Source: an uncultured bacterium
GTDB lineage: Bacteria > Actinomycetota > Thermoleophilia > Solirubrobacterales > 70-9
Assembly: GCA_963772345.1 (NCBI GenBank)
Contig: CAVYXB010000004.1
Coordinates: 88,228-152,227 of the forward strand
DNA length: 64,000 nt
Direction of reading: 5' to 3'
Shown here: positions 57,082 to 64,000 of the stretch, in pieces
How the letters are laid out: each line of letters begins with the position of its first letter
Numbering within the stretch: the first letter of the stretch is position 1
Position numbers and translations under genes: made by a program
Notes under the pieces: generated by a model
What the model was told of the DNA's origin: nothing
What the model saw: only the letters and a program-made list of their open reading frames with translations
The model's database searches: none

Positions 57082-58257
57082 ATGAGCTCCCGACCCACCG
57101 ACCGCGTCGCGTCGCTGGGCACCATCGCGCGGGAGTGGACCCGAATCGGGGTCACCGGGTTCGGTGGCCCGCCCGCTCACATCGCGCTGCTTCGCCGACT
57201 GGTCGTGGAACGGAAGGGCTGGATGGACGCCCGCGAGTTCGAGGATGCCAACGCGGCTTGTGGGCTGCTGCCCGGCCCGGCCTCGACGCAGCTGATGATC
57301 TTCTGCGCCTACCGGGTCGGCGGAGCCCGCGGCGCGATCGTCGGCGGGCTCGGCTTCGTGGTCCCGGCCGTGGCGATGATCCTCGCCCTGTCCGTGCTGT
57401 TCCTCGCTCAGGCGCCGCCGACCTGGGTACGAGGCGCTGGAGCCGGCGCTGGAGCCGCCGTCGCCGCCGTGGCGGTGCATGCCGCGCGATCGCTGATGGG
57501 GCCCAGCTTCGAACGCGTGCGCGCGGAGGGCCGGCATGAGACCGGCTGGCTCGCCTACATCCTCGCCGGCGCTGCCGCAGCAGCGCTGATCGGTCCCTAC
57601 CTGGTGCTCGTCCTGTTGGCCTGCGGGGTGCTCGAGCTGGTGCTTCAGCGGCGCTCGCGGGAGATCCCGGGCGTCCACACCGGAGCGCTCTCGGCATTGG
57701 TGGCCGCGGCGGCGGCAACGGGCGGGATCGGCGCCCTCGCCTGGACGGCGTTCAAGGTGGGGGCCCTGTCGTTCGGCGGCGGCTTCGTGATCATCCCGCT
57801 GATGCAGGACGACGCCGTGCACGTCTACCACTGGATGACCAATGCCGAGTTCCTCAACGCGGTGGCCCTCGGACAGGTCACGCCGGGGCCGGTGGTGGCC
57901 ACGGTCGCCGCCGTCGGCTACGCGGCCCACGGAATCGCCGGAGGGTTGCTCGCGGCCGCCGTGGCATTCGTGCCCTCGTTCTCCTTCATCCTCCTCGGGG
58001 GCCAGCGGTTCGAGCGGCTGCGGGGCAATGCCGACGCGCGTGCGTTTCTGAACGGCGCAGGGCCGGCGGCGATCGGCGCCATCCTCGGCGCCGCGATCAC
58101 CCTCGCCGGTGCCCTCACTGAGGCCTGGCAAGCCGGCGTGCTCGCGGTCGCCGCGGTCGCCCTGTTGCTTCTGGGCCGCGGCGTGGTGGAGACCCTCCTG
58201 GCGGCCGGCGTCGTGGGGGTGGTCGCTGCCCTGCTCGGAGCGCCCCTGCCTTCCTGA
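57082..58257 (+). CDS. chrA: Chromate ion transporter (CHR family, two-domain)
   Basis: The 391-aa ORF is intact. Duplicated CHR motifs are present: GVTGFGGPPAHIALL...LLPGPASTQ and KVGALSFGGGFVIIPLM...GQVTPGPV. Confidence 0.88.
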   Translation: MSSRPTDRVASLGTIAREWTRIGVTGFGGPPAHIALLRRLVVERKGWMDAREFEDANAACGLLPGPASTQLMIFCAYRVGGARGAIVGGLGFVVPAVAMILALSVLFLAQAPPTWVRGAGAGAGAAVAAVAVHAARSLMGPSFERVRAEGRHETGWLAYILAGAAAAALIGPYLVLVLLACGVLELVLQRRSREIPGVHTGALSALVAAAAATGGIGALAWTAFKVGALSFGGGFVIIPLMQDDAVHVYHWMTNAEFLNAVALGQVTPGPVVATVAAVGYAAHGIAGGLLAAAVAFVPSFSFILLGGQRFERLRGNADARAFLNGAGPAAIGAILGAAITLAGALTEAWQAGVLAVAAVALLLLGRGVVETLLAAGVVGVVAALLGAPLPS

Positions 58258-58260
58258 CCC

Positions 58261-58770
58261 CTAAGGGTGGGCTTCAGTGAGGCGCGACCAGAAGCGGACG
58301 TACTCTCGCTCGTGCCCGATGCCCGATTCCAGCGAGAGCTTCGCGCCCTCCGCGAGATCGGTCTGCGCCAGCAGCTCCTCGTAGGAGTGAAGGCGACGCT
58401 GGTGTCGCTCGAGCTGGGCCTCCGCCAGGGTCGCCGGGTCCGCGCCGCAGAACAGCTTCAACAGGCCGGGGTCCCGCAACTCGTAGAGCTCGGTCTCGGT
58501 GTCGTCCCGCCACGCTCTCAACGCCTTCCTGCCGGCGGGGGAGAGGCGGTAGATCCGCCGCCGCCTCCCGCGCTCCTCCCGGCGCTCATCGAGCAGGCCC
58601 GCCTCGGCGAGTCGCTCGCACTCCGTGTAGAGCTGGGTGTGCGGAATCGACCAGAAGTGGAAGATCGAGACCTGCGCGATCTGCTTGAGCTGGTAGGGAG
58701 TCGCCGGCTCGAACATGTCCAGCAGGCCCATCACGGCGTAGGAAGTGTCGGTGAGCCGCGGCGAGGGCAT
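58261..58770 (-). CDS. PadR-family transcriptional regulator
   Basis: The gene is intact. The winged-helix N-terminal part reads SYAVMGLLDMFEPATPYQL...LYTECERLAEAGLL...RRRIYRLSPAGRKAL and is followed by a C-terminal dimerisation helix. Confidence 0.85.
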   Translation of the reverse strand: MPSPRLTDTSYAVMGLLDMFEPATPYQLKQIAQVSIFHFWSIPHTQLYTECERLAEAGLLDERREERGRRRRIYRLSPAGRKALRAWRDDTETELYELRDPGLLKLFCGADPATLAEAQLERHQRRLHSYEELLAQTDLAEGAKLSLESGIGHEREYVRFWSRLTEAHP

Positions 58771-58793
58771 CGCGGATCATGATACAGTGCGAG

Positions 58794-58806
58794 CCGAACG
58801 GTTCGG
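58794..58806. promoter_or_regulatory. Perfect 6-1-6 palindrome in the padR / carotenoid-oxygenase divergent region (candidate operator)
   Basis: ccgaac-g-gttcgg sits at 58794-58806, followed by a third cgaac half-site at 58809-58813. It lies ~22 nt upstream of ATG 58828 (RBS TAGGAGG) and ~24 nt upstream of the padR start. Confidence 0.4.
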
Positions 58807-58827
58807 ATCGAACTATTAGGAGGCACC

Positions 58828-60237
58828 ATGACCACGGTCACCGAGGCTCCAGCCGTCACCGCCCGCCACGGCTTCGACTCGCTCGAGGAGGAGACCCGGC
58901 TCGACGGGCTCCCGATCCAAGGTCGGCTTCCGGCCTGGCTACAGGGATCCCTGATCCGGACCGGGCCCGCGAAGTGGGAGGTCGGCGGCCGGGCGATGAA
59001 CCATTGGTTCGACGGGCTCGCGATGCTCCACCGCTTCTCGTTCGCGGGCGGCGAGGTCTCCTACGCCAGCCGCTTTCTGGAGACGCGCGCTTACGGCGCC
59101 GCTCGCGATCGCGGGGAGATCGCCTACTCGGAGTTCGCCACCGACCCGTGCCGCTCGCTCTTCAAGCGCGTGAGCGCGATGTTCTCTCCGAAGCTCACCG
59201 ACAACGCGAACGTCAACCTGACCAAGGTCGGCGAGCGGTTCATCGCGATGACCGAGACGCCGATCCCGGTCGAGTTCGACGCCGACACCCTCGCCGCCGC
59301 GGGCGTTCCATATGACCCGCCGGGCCAGCTCACAACCGCGCACCCGCACATGGACAGGGGGACGAAGGGGATGCTGAACTACGCGGCCAAGCTCGGCCCG
59401 AGGAACAGCTACCGCTTCTTCCTGCTTCGCCCGGGCAGCTCGAGGCCCGAGGTCATCGCGACCGATCGCGTCTCCGAGCCCGCCTACATGCACTCGTTCG
59501 GGCTGACCGAGCGCTGGCTCGTGCTCGCGGAGTTCCCCTACGTCGTCAACCCGCTCCGCCTCGCGTTCAGCGGGCGCCCGTACATCGAGAACTACCGCTG
59601 GAAGCCGGAGCTCGGCACGCGCTTCCATCTGTTCGACCGCGAGTCGGGGCGCCACGTCGGACCGTTCGAGACGGAGGCACGGTTCGGCTTTCACCACGTG
59701 AACGCCTATGAGGACGGCGACGAAATCGTGGTGGACGTCTGCACGTTCCGCGACGCGCAGATCGTCGAGGACCTCTACATGGACCGTCTGCGTGCCGGCA
59801 AGCCGGTCAGCAAGCCAAGCCTCGAGCGCTTCCGGATCGCACCATCCCGGGGGACGGTCGCCGACGAGCGGCTGATCGAGGAGCCGATGGAGCTGCCGCG
59901 GATCAACTACGGGCGCTGCAACGAGCGTGCCTACCGTTACGCCTGGGGCGTCGGAGACGCCAGCGGCTGGATCGACCGGATCGTGAAGGCCGACGTCGTC
60001 GATCGCCGTGCGGACGTTTGGGCCGAGGAGGGCTGCTTCCCGGGCGAGCCCGTGTTCGTGGCCGCTCCGGACGCGAAGGACGAGGACGAGGGCGTGCTTC
60101 TGTCCGTCGTCCTGGACGGCACGAGGGGCAACTCGTTCCTGTTGGTTCTGGACGCCCACACGCTCGACGAGTTGGCGCGGGCCGAGGTGCCGCATCACAT
60201 CCCGTTCGGGTTCCACGGCCAGTTCGCCCGAGCCTGA
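58828..60237 (+). CDS. Carotenoid/stilbene cleavage oxygenase (RPE65/CCO family)
   Basis: The 469-aa ORF is intact. The four-His iron ligand pattern is present (TAHPHMD, YMHSFGLT, FHHVNAYE, FGFHGQF), together with NHWFDGLAMLHRF. Confidence 0.88.
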   Translation: MTTVTEAPAVTARHGFDSLEEETRLDGLPIQGRLPAWLQGSLIRTGPAKWEVGGRAMNHWFDGLAMLHRFSFAGGEVSYASRFLETRAYGAARDRGEIAYSEFATDPCRSLFKRVSAMFSPKLTDNANVNLTKVGERFIAMTETPIPVEFDADTLAAAGVPYDPPGQLTTAHPHMDRGTKGMLNYAAKLGPRNSYRFFLLRPGSSRPEVIATDRVSEPAYMHSFGLTERWLVLAEFPYVVNPLRLAFSGRPYIENYRWKPELGTRFHLFDRESGRHVGPFETEARFGFHHVNAYEDGDEIVVDVCTFRDAQIVEDLYMDRLRAGKPVSKPSLERFRIAPSRGTVADERLIEEPMELPRINYGRCNERAYRYAWGVGDASGWIDRIVKADVVDRRADVWAEEGCFPGEPVFVAAPDAKDEDEGVLLSVVLDGTRGNSFLLVLDAHTLDELARAEVPHHIPFGFHGQFARA

Positions 60238-60238
60238 C

Positions 60239-60601
60239 TCACCTCTTCGGCTGCCAGAAGGCCAGCTCGCCGCCCGCGGGGGCGGTGACGACGCTTCGCC
60301 AGCCGGCCGGGCCCTCGCGGGGCTCGAGGAGCACCGCGGCGCCCAGCCGCCGGGCGTGGTCGGTCGCCTCCGCGATCTCGGGAACCTCGACGTAGGGCAG
60401 CCAGAGCGGACGCGTCGTCTCGCACTCGACGATCCCGCCGCCGAGCTGGCTCCCGATCCCGAGCGCGAGGTAGGAGCCGGGCCCGACCCGAATCTGCTCA
60501 TGTCGCCAGCCGCACGCCTCTGCGTAGAAGTCGCGGGCGCGCCCCAGATCACCCGTGTGGAGCTCCAGGTGAACCACTCGGTTGGCGGGCTCCGCGGTCA
60601 T
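60239..60601 (-). CDS. VOC/glyoxalase-family protein
   Basis: The 120-aa ORF is intact (VVHLELHTGDLGRARDFY...WLPYVEV.EI...GGELAFWQPK). It is convergent with the oxygenase gene, with a 1-nt gap. Confidence 0.75.
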   Translation of the reverse strand: MTAEPANRVVHLELHTGDLGRARDFYAEACGWRHEQIRVGPGSYLALGIGSQLGGGIVECETTRPLWLPYVEVPEIAEATDHARRLGAAVLLEPREGPAGWRSVVTAPAGGELAFWQPKR

Positions 60602-60686
60602 CCCTCACCTTTAGACCGGCTCGGTCCTCGTAACTAATCGGACCCCGCGGCGCTCCCACGATCGGCGCCCGTCTACCCTCAGGGGG

Positions 60687-61802
60687 ATGAGCGCGCAGCC
60701 ACAGACGAGCGTCGGTGAGCGAGAGCTGCTCGAGGCGGCCCGCGACGGCGACGAGGACGCGTACCGCCGGCTGGTGGAGCCCCACCGGAGCGAGCTCCAT
60801 GCCCACTGCTATCGGATGCTCGGCTCCGTCCACGATGCCGAGGACGCCCTTCAGGACGCCCTGCTTCGCGCGTGGCGCGGGCTGTCCACGTTCGAGGGCC
60901 GGAGCTCGCTTCGCTCCTGGCTCTACCGGATCGCCACCAACGCCTGCCTGGACGCGATCGGGAAGCGGCCGAAGCGGGTGCTGCCCGTCGACTACGGCCC
61001 GCCGCGAGATCCCCATGACGGGCCGTTGATCCCGCTGGCCGACTCAGTCTGGGTCGAGCCGTACCCGGACGACGAGCTCGGTCTCGAGGACGGCTACGCG
61101 GGTCCGGAGGCCCGCTACGAGCAGCGTGAGGCGGTGGAGCTCGCCTTCATCGCGGCGCTGCAGAACCTCCCGGCCAATCAACGGGCGGCGCTGATCCTGC
61201 GGGAGGTGCTCGGCTTCTCGGCCCGGGAAGTCGCGGAGATCCTCGACACGACCACCGCATCCGTGAACAGCGCGCTCCAGCGCGCCCGCAAGGCGACCGA
61301 GGAGCGGCTGCCGGAGCGAAGCCAGCAGGCCACGCTCCGCTCGCTGGGCGACGAGGGGGTGCGGGAGGTCGTGCGGAGTTATGTAGACGCGTGGGACCGG
61401 GGCGACATCGAGGCGGTGGTCGAGATGCTCACGGAGGACGCATGCTTCAGCATGCCGCCCGCCCCGAGCTGGCACCGGGGCACCCAGGCGTTGGTGGGCT
61501 TCCTCGAGGTCGGGCCGCTGTCGGGGGACTGGCGGTGGCGGAACGTGCTGGTCCATGCGAACGGCCAGCCCACGCTCGCCTTCTACTGCTGGCACGAGGG
61601 CCGGCAGGCGTATCTTGCATTCGCACTCTGCGTCCTGACGATTCGAGACCGCCGGATCAGCGACGTGACGGCGTTCATCGCACGCTCGACCGAGCCCTCC
61701 GACCCCGAGGCGTACAAGCGCTGGCCGGAGGAGCCGATGATCCCCGAGCGCTTCGTCGACTTCTTCGGGCGCTTCGGGTTGCCGGAAGAGCTTCCGGCGT
61801 AG
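60687..61802 (+). CDS. ECF-type sigma-70 factor with a fused ~190-aa C-terminal SnoaL/NTF2-like domain (SigG/SigJ, ECF41/TIGR02960-like)
   Basis: The gene is intact. Region 2 reads YRRLVEPHRSELHAHCYRMLGSVHDAEDALQDALLRAW. Region 4 reads LPANQRAALILREVLGFSAREVAEILDTTTASVNSALQRAR. The extension begins VRSYVDAWDRGDIEAVVEMLTEDA... . TACCCT lies 7 nt upstream of the ATG. Confidence 0.88.
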   Translation: MSAQPQTSVGERELLEAARDGDEDAYRRLVEPHRSELHAHCYRMLGSVHDAEDALQDALLRAWRGLSTFEGRSSLRSWLYRIATNACLDAIGKRPKRVLPVDYGPPRDPHDGPLIPLADSVWVEPYPDDELGLEDGYAGPEARYEQREAVELAFIAALQNLPANQRAALILREVLGFSAREVAEILDTTTASVNSALQRARKATEERLPERSQQATLRSLGDEGVREVVRSYVDAWDRGDIEAVVEMLTEDACFSMPPAPSWHRGTQALVGFLEVGPLSGDWRWRNVLVHANGQPTLAFYCWHEGRQAYLAFALCVLTIRDRRISDVTAFIARSTEPSDPEAYKRWPEEPMIPERFVDFFGRFGLPEELPA

Positions 61803-61914
61803 GCCGGCCCCCGGCCAGCGCCCACGGCCGGTTGACCTCGACCGGGCCGATGAATTGCGGGAATGAGGTCGGTCTGAACGGGAAACGGACAGAGAAGAGG
61901 AGGCAAAGGCGAAA

Positions 61915-63438
61915 ATGGAGCAGCAGGCGGGAACGCTGAGCGAGCGAAGGCAAGAGGATCGATCGCGCTGGATCGCGCTCTACGTGCTCTGCGCGGGAGT
62001 GCTGATGATCGTCCTCGACGTGACGGTGGTGAACGTCGCGCTCCCGACGATCCAGGACGACCTCGGCTTCAGCACCTCGAATCTCGCCTGGGTCGTGAAT
62101 GCTTACCTGATCGCATTCGGCGGGCTGCTGCTGCTCGCCGGGCGGCTCGGTGACCTGATCGGGCGCCGGACCATCCTCCTGGCCGGGCTCGCCGTGTTCA
62201 CGGTCGCCTCGCTCGTCTGCGGTCTGGCGGACAGCCAGGCGGTGCTGGTGGGCGCGCGCTTCGTCCAGGGAATCGGCGGAGCGATGACCTCCGCCGTGAT
62301 CCTGGGGATGATCGTGATGATGTTCCCCGAGCCTCGGGAGCAGGCCAAGGCCATCGGCGTATACGCCTTCGTCGCCTCGGCAGGGGGCTCGGTCGGCCTG
62401 CTCGCGGGAGGCGTGCTCACCCAGGCGATCAACTGGCACTGGATCTTCTTCATCAATGTTCCGATCGGGATCGCGACCGCGGTCTTCGTGCTGCGCCGGT
62501 TGGACCGCGACCAGGGCATCGGCTTCGGCGAGGGCGCGGACATCCCCGGCGCGGCCCTGATCACGAGCTCACTGATGCTCGGCGTCTACACGATCGTGAA
62601 GCCGGCGGCCGAGCTCGGCTGGGGCGCCGGCCGGACGCTCGCGCTGGGAGCGGGATCGCTTGCGCTCGGCGCGCTGTTCATCGCCCGAGAGGCGAGGGCG
62701 CGCAACCCGCTGATCCCGCTGCGGATATTCCGGTCGCGAAACGTCACCGGCGCCAACCTGGTCCAGGTGCTGACGGTCGCCGGGATGTTCGGGATGTTCT
62801 TCCTCGGGTCGCTGTACCTGGAGCGGATCCTCGGCTATGACGCGCTGCAGATCGGTCTTGCCTTCCTGCCGGTGACGATCGTGATGGGGACCCTGTCGGT
62901 CCGGTTTTCAGAGCCGCTGATCACGCGCTTCGGCGCCCGGACGCTGCTCTTCCCGGGCCTCACGCTGGTGGCCGTCGGGCTGGCCCTGTTCACGCGGGCT
63001 CCCGTGGACGGGAGCTATGTCGTTCACGTGCTGCCCGTGATGATCCTGCTGGGGACAGGGGTAGGCGTCTGCTTCCCGGCCCTGATGACGATCGCGATGT
63101 CCGGCGCGACCAAGAGCGACGCCGGCCTCGCCTCCGGCCTGGTGAATACGAGCGCGCAGGTCGGCGGCGCCCTGGGGCTGGCGGTCCTGGCCACCCTGTC
63201 GGCGTCCCGAACCGACCATCTGACGGAACAGGGGAAGTCCACTGCGGCAGCGCTGACCGGCGGCTATCACCTGGCTTTCTGGATCGCGGCGGCCCTGGTT
63301 GTGGCGGCGATCGTGGTGGCCCTCGTCGTGGTGGAGCCGGAGGCGAAAGCTGCCGAGGAGATCGAGGGCGCCGAGGGCGAGGCCAAGCCGGCGGCGGAGG
63401 CGCGCCGCGCGGAGCCGGTCGGCTCGGAGGTGGCTTGA
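61915..63438 (+). CDS. MFS transporter, DHA2 (EmrB/QacA) 14-TMS drug:H+ antiporter family
   Basis: The 507-aa ORF is intact (VVNVALPTIQDDLGFS, LLLAGRLGDLIGRR). A GAGGAGG RBS lies upstream of ATG 61915. Confidence 0.88.
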   Translation: MEQQAGTLSERRQEDRSRWIALYVLCAGVLMIVLDVTVVNVALPTIQDDLGFSTSNLAWVVNAYLIAFGGLLLLAGRLGDLIGRRTILLAGLAVFTVASLVCGLADSQAVLVGARFVQGIGGAMTSAVILGMIVMMFPEPREQAKAIGVYAFVASAGGSVGLLAGGVLTQAINWHWIFFINVPIGIATAVFVLRRLDRDQGIGFGEGADIPGAALITSSLMLGVYTIVKPAAELGWGAGRTLALGAGSLALGALFIAREARARNPLIPLRIFRSRNVTGANLVQVLTVAGMFGMFFLGSLYLERILGYDALQIGLAFLPVTIVMGTLSVRFSEPLITRFGARTLLFPGLTLVAVGLALFTRAPVDGSYVVHVLPVMILLGTGVGVCFPALMTIAMSGATKSDAGLASGLVNTSAQVGGALGLAVLATLSASRTDHLTEQGKSTAAALTGGYHLAFWIAAALVVAAIVVALVVVEPEAKAAEEIEGAEGEAKPAAEARRAEPVGSEVA

Positions 63439-63450
63439 TCCGGTCAGAGG

Positions 63451-63465
63451 GAGCCCCAGGGGCTC
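63451..63465. terminator. Short GC hairpin between the convergent MFS and GspE-like genes
   Basis: The palindrome is gagcccc-a-ggggctc. There is no U-tract, so the evidence is weak. Confidence 0.25.
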
Positions 63466-63481
63466 AGCGGGCCTCGCGGAG

Positions 63482-64000
63482 CTAGGTGCCGACGACGCGC
63501 AGGACCTCGGGAACCGAGGTGATCCCCTGGCGGACCTTCGCCAGTCCGTCTTCCCTGAGGCGCCGCATTCCGCCGTCGACCGCGGTGGCCGCGATGTCGT
63601 CTCCGGAGGCCTTGTGCAGGATCAGCGAGCGAAGCTCCCGCGTGACCACCATCACCTCGTAGACCCCGATCCGGCCTCGATACCCGACTCCGCCGCAGCG
63701 AACGCAACCCCCCGGCTCGTATGCGTCGATCTCCCCGCCGTCGTAGTCGAAGCCGCTGTCTCTGAGGTCCTGGGAGGTGATCTTGACGGGTCGCTTGCAC
63801 TCGTCGCAAAGACGGCGTGCGAGCCGCTGGGCGACCACGCACTCGAGCCCGGTCGCGACCAGGAACGGCTCGATCCCCATCTCGATCAGGCGCGCGGGCG
63901 CCATCGGCGCGTCGTTGGTGTGGAGGGTTGAGAGCACGAGGTGCCCGGTGAGCGCGGACTCGATCGCCATCTGGGCGGTCTCGCGGTCGCGGATCTCGCC
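63482..64000 (-). CDS. GspE/PilB-family secretion/pilus assembly ATPase, C-terminal part (5' end beyond window)
   Basis: ORF 63482..63970 stays open to the window edge. It carries [12 protein letters not shown] and the tetracysteine motif CDECKRP...[12 protein letters not shown], and ends ...[14 protein letters not shown]. Confidence 0.85.
   Translation of the reverse strand, partial: GEIRDRETAQMAIESALTGHLVLSTLHTNDAPMAPARLIEMGIEPFLVATGLECVVAQRLARRLCDECKRPVKITSQDLRDSGFDYDGGEIDAYEPGGCVRCGGVGYRGRIGVYEVMVVTRELRSLILHKASGDDIAATAVDGGMRRLREDGLAKVRQGITSVPEVLRVVGT

Noticed and set aside
58794-58806. LexA/SOS box (GAAC...GTTC)
   Set aside because: The spacer is 1 nt instead of the 4 nt required by the GAAC-N4-GTTC consensus. 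The context (padR divergent region) points to a PadR operator.

Overview
Very high-G+C chromosomal segment (about 70% by eye) with Actinomycetota-type housekeeping synteny. I found no rRNA, complete tRNA, CRISPR array, transposase or integrase. About 60 protein-coding loci can be read. In order they are: rpsA(3' part)-coaE-lytic transglycosylase; a large membrane protein; a PAS-GGDEF cyclase; uvrB; an orphan ABC ATPase; an MFS transporter; uvrA with a LexA-type box. Next is a 13-kb pentose-phosphate supercluster: ROK kinase-zwf-opcA converging on tkt-tal-gnd-pgl-zwf-pgi-glk, then rpiA. Then come an acetyltransferase-lipoprotein-Ser/Thr kinase unit facing a panC-panB-yjbQ-FHA/LuxR operon; fmdB-udg-tsaE-tsaB-rimI-tsaD-glutaredoxin-like-rex; ybdK; and the H+-pyrophosphatase hppA. 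These are followed by two tandem APC-permease/USP fusions, two TrkA/RCK genes, an FAD oxidoreductase, a lipoprotein, a heterodimeric ABC exporter and an EamA transporter. The last ~9 kb is accessory-looking: SnoaL-like, TlpA, SCO1, chrA, padR, carotenoid oxygenase, VOC, an ECF sigma factor with a fused C-terminal domain, a DHA2 MFS transporter and the 3' part of a GspE/PilB ATPase. The dominant technical observation is that most genes between ~2 kb and ~55.1 kb are broken by frameshifts (roughly 100 by hand count), essential genes included, while 55.2-64 kb is frame-clean. I read this as uncorrected indel error, and features are given as whole-gene spans with the breaks noted. I found no clear-cut novel defence or mobile system. 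The items most worth follow-up are the APC/USP x2 + RCK x2 cluster with its structured upstream region, the STPK / FHA-LuxR / secreted-protein module with a 20-bp palindrome, and the MIRU-like tandem repeat at the rpsA-coaE junction.
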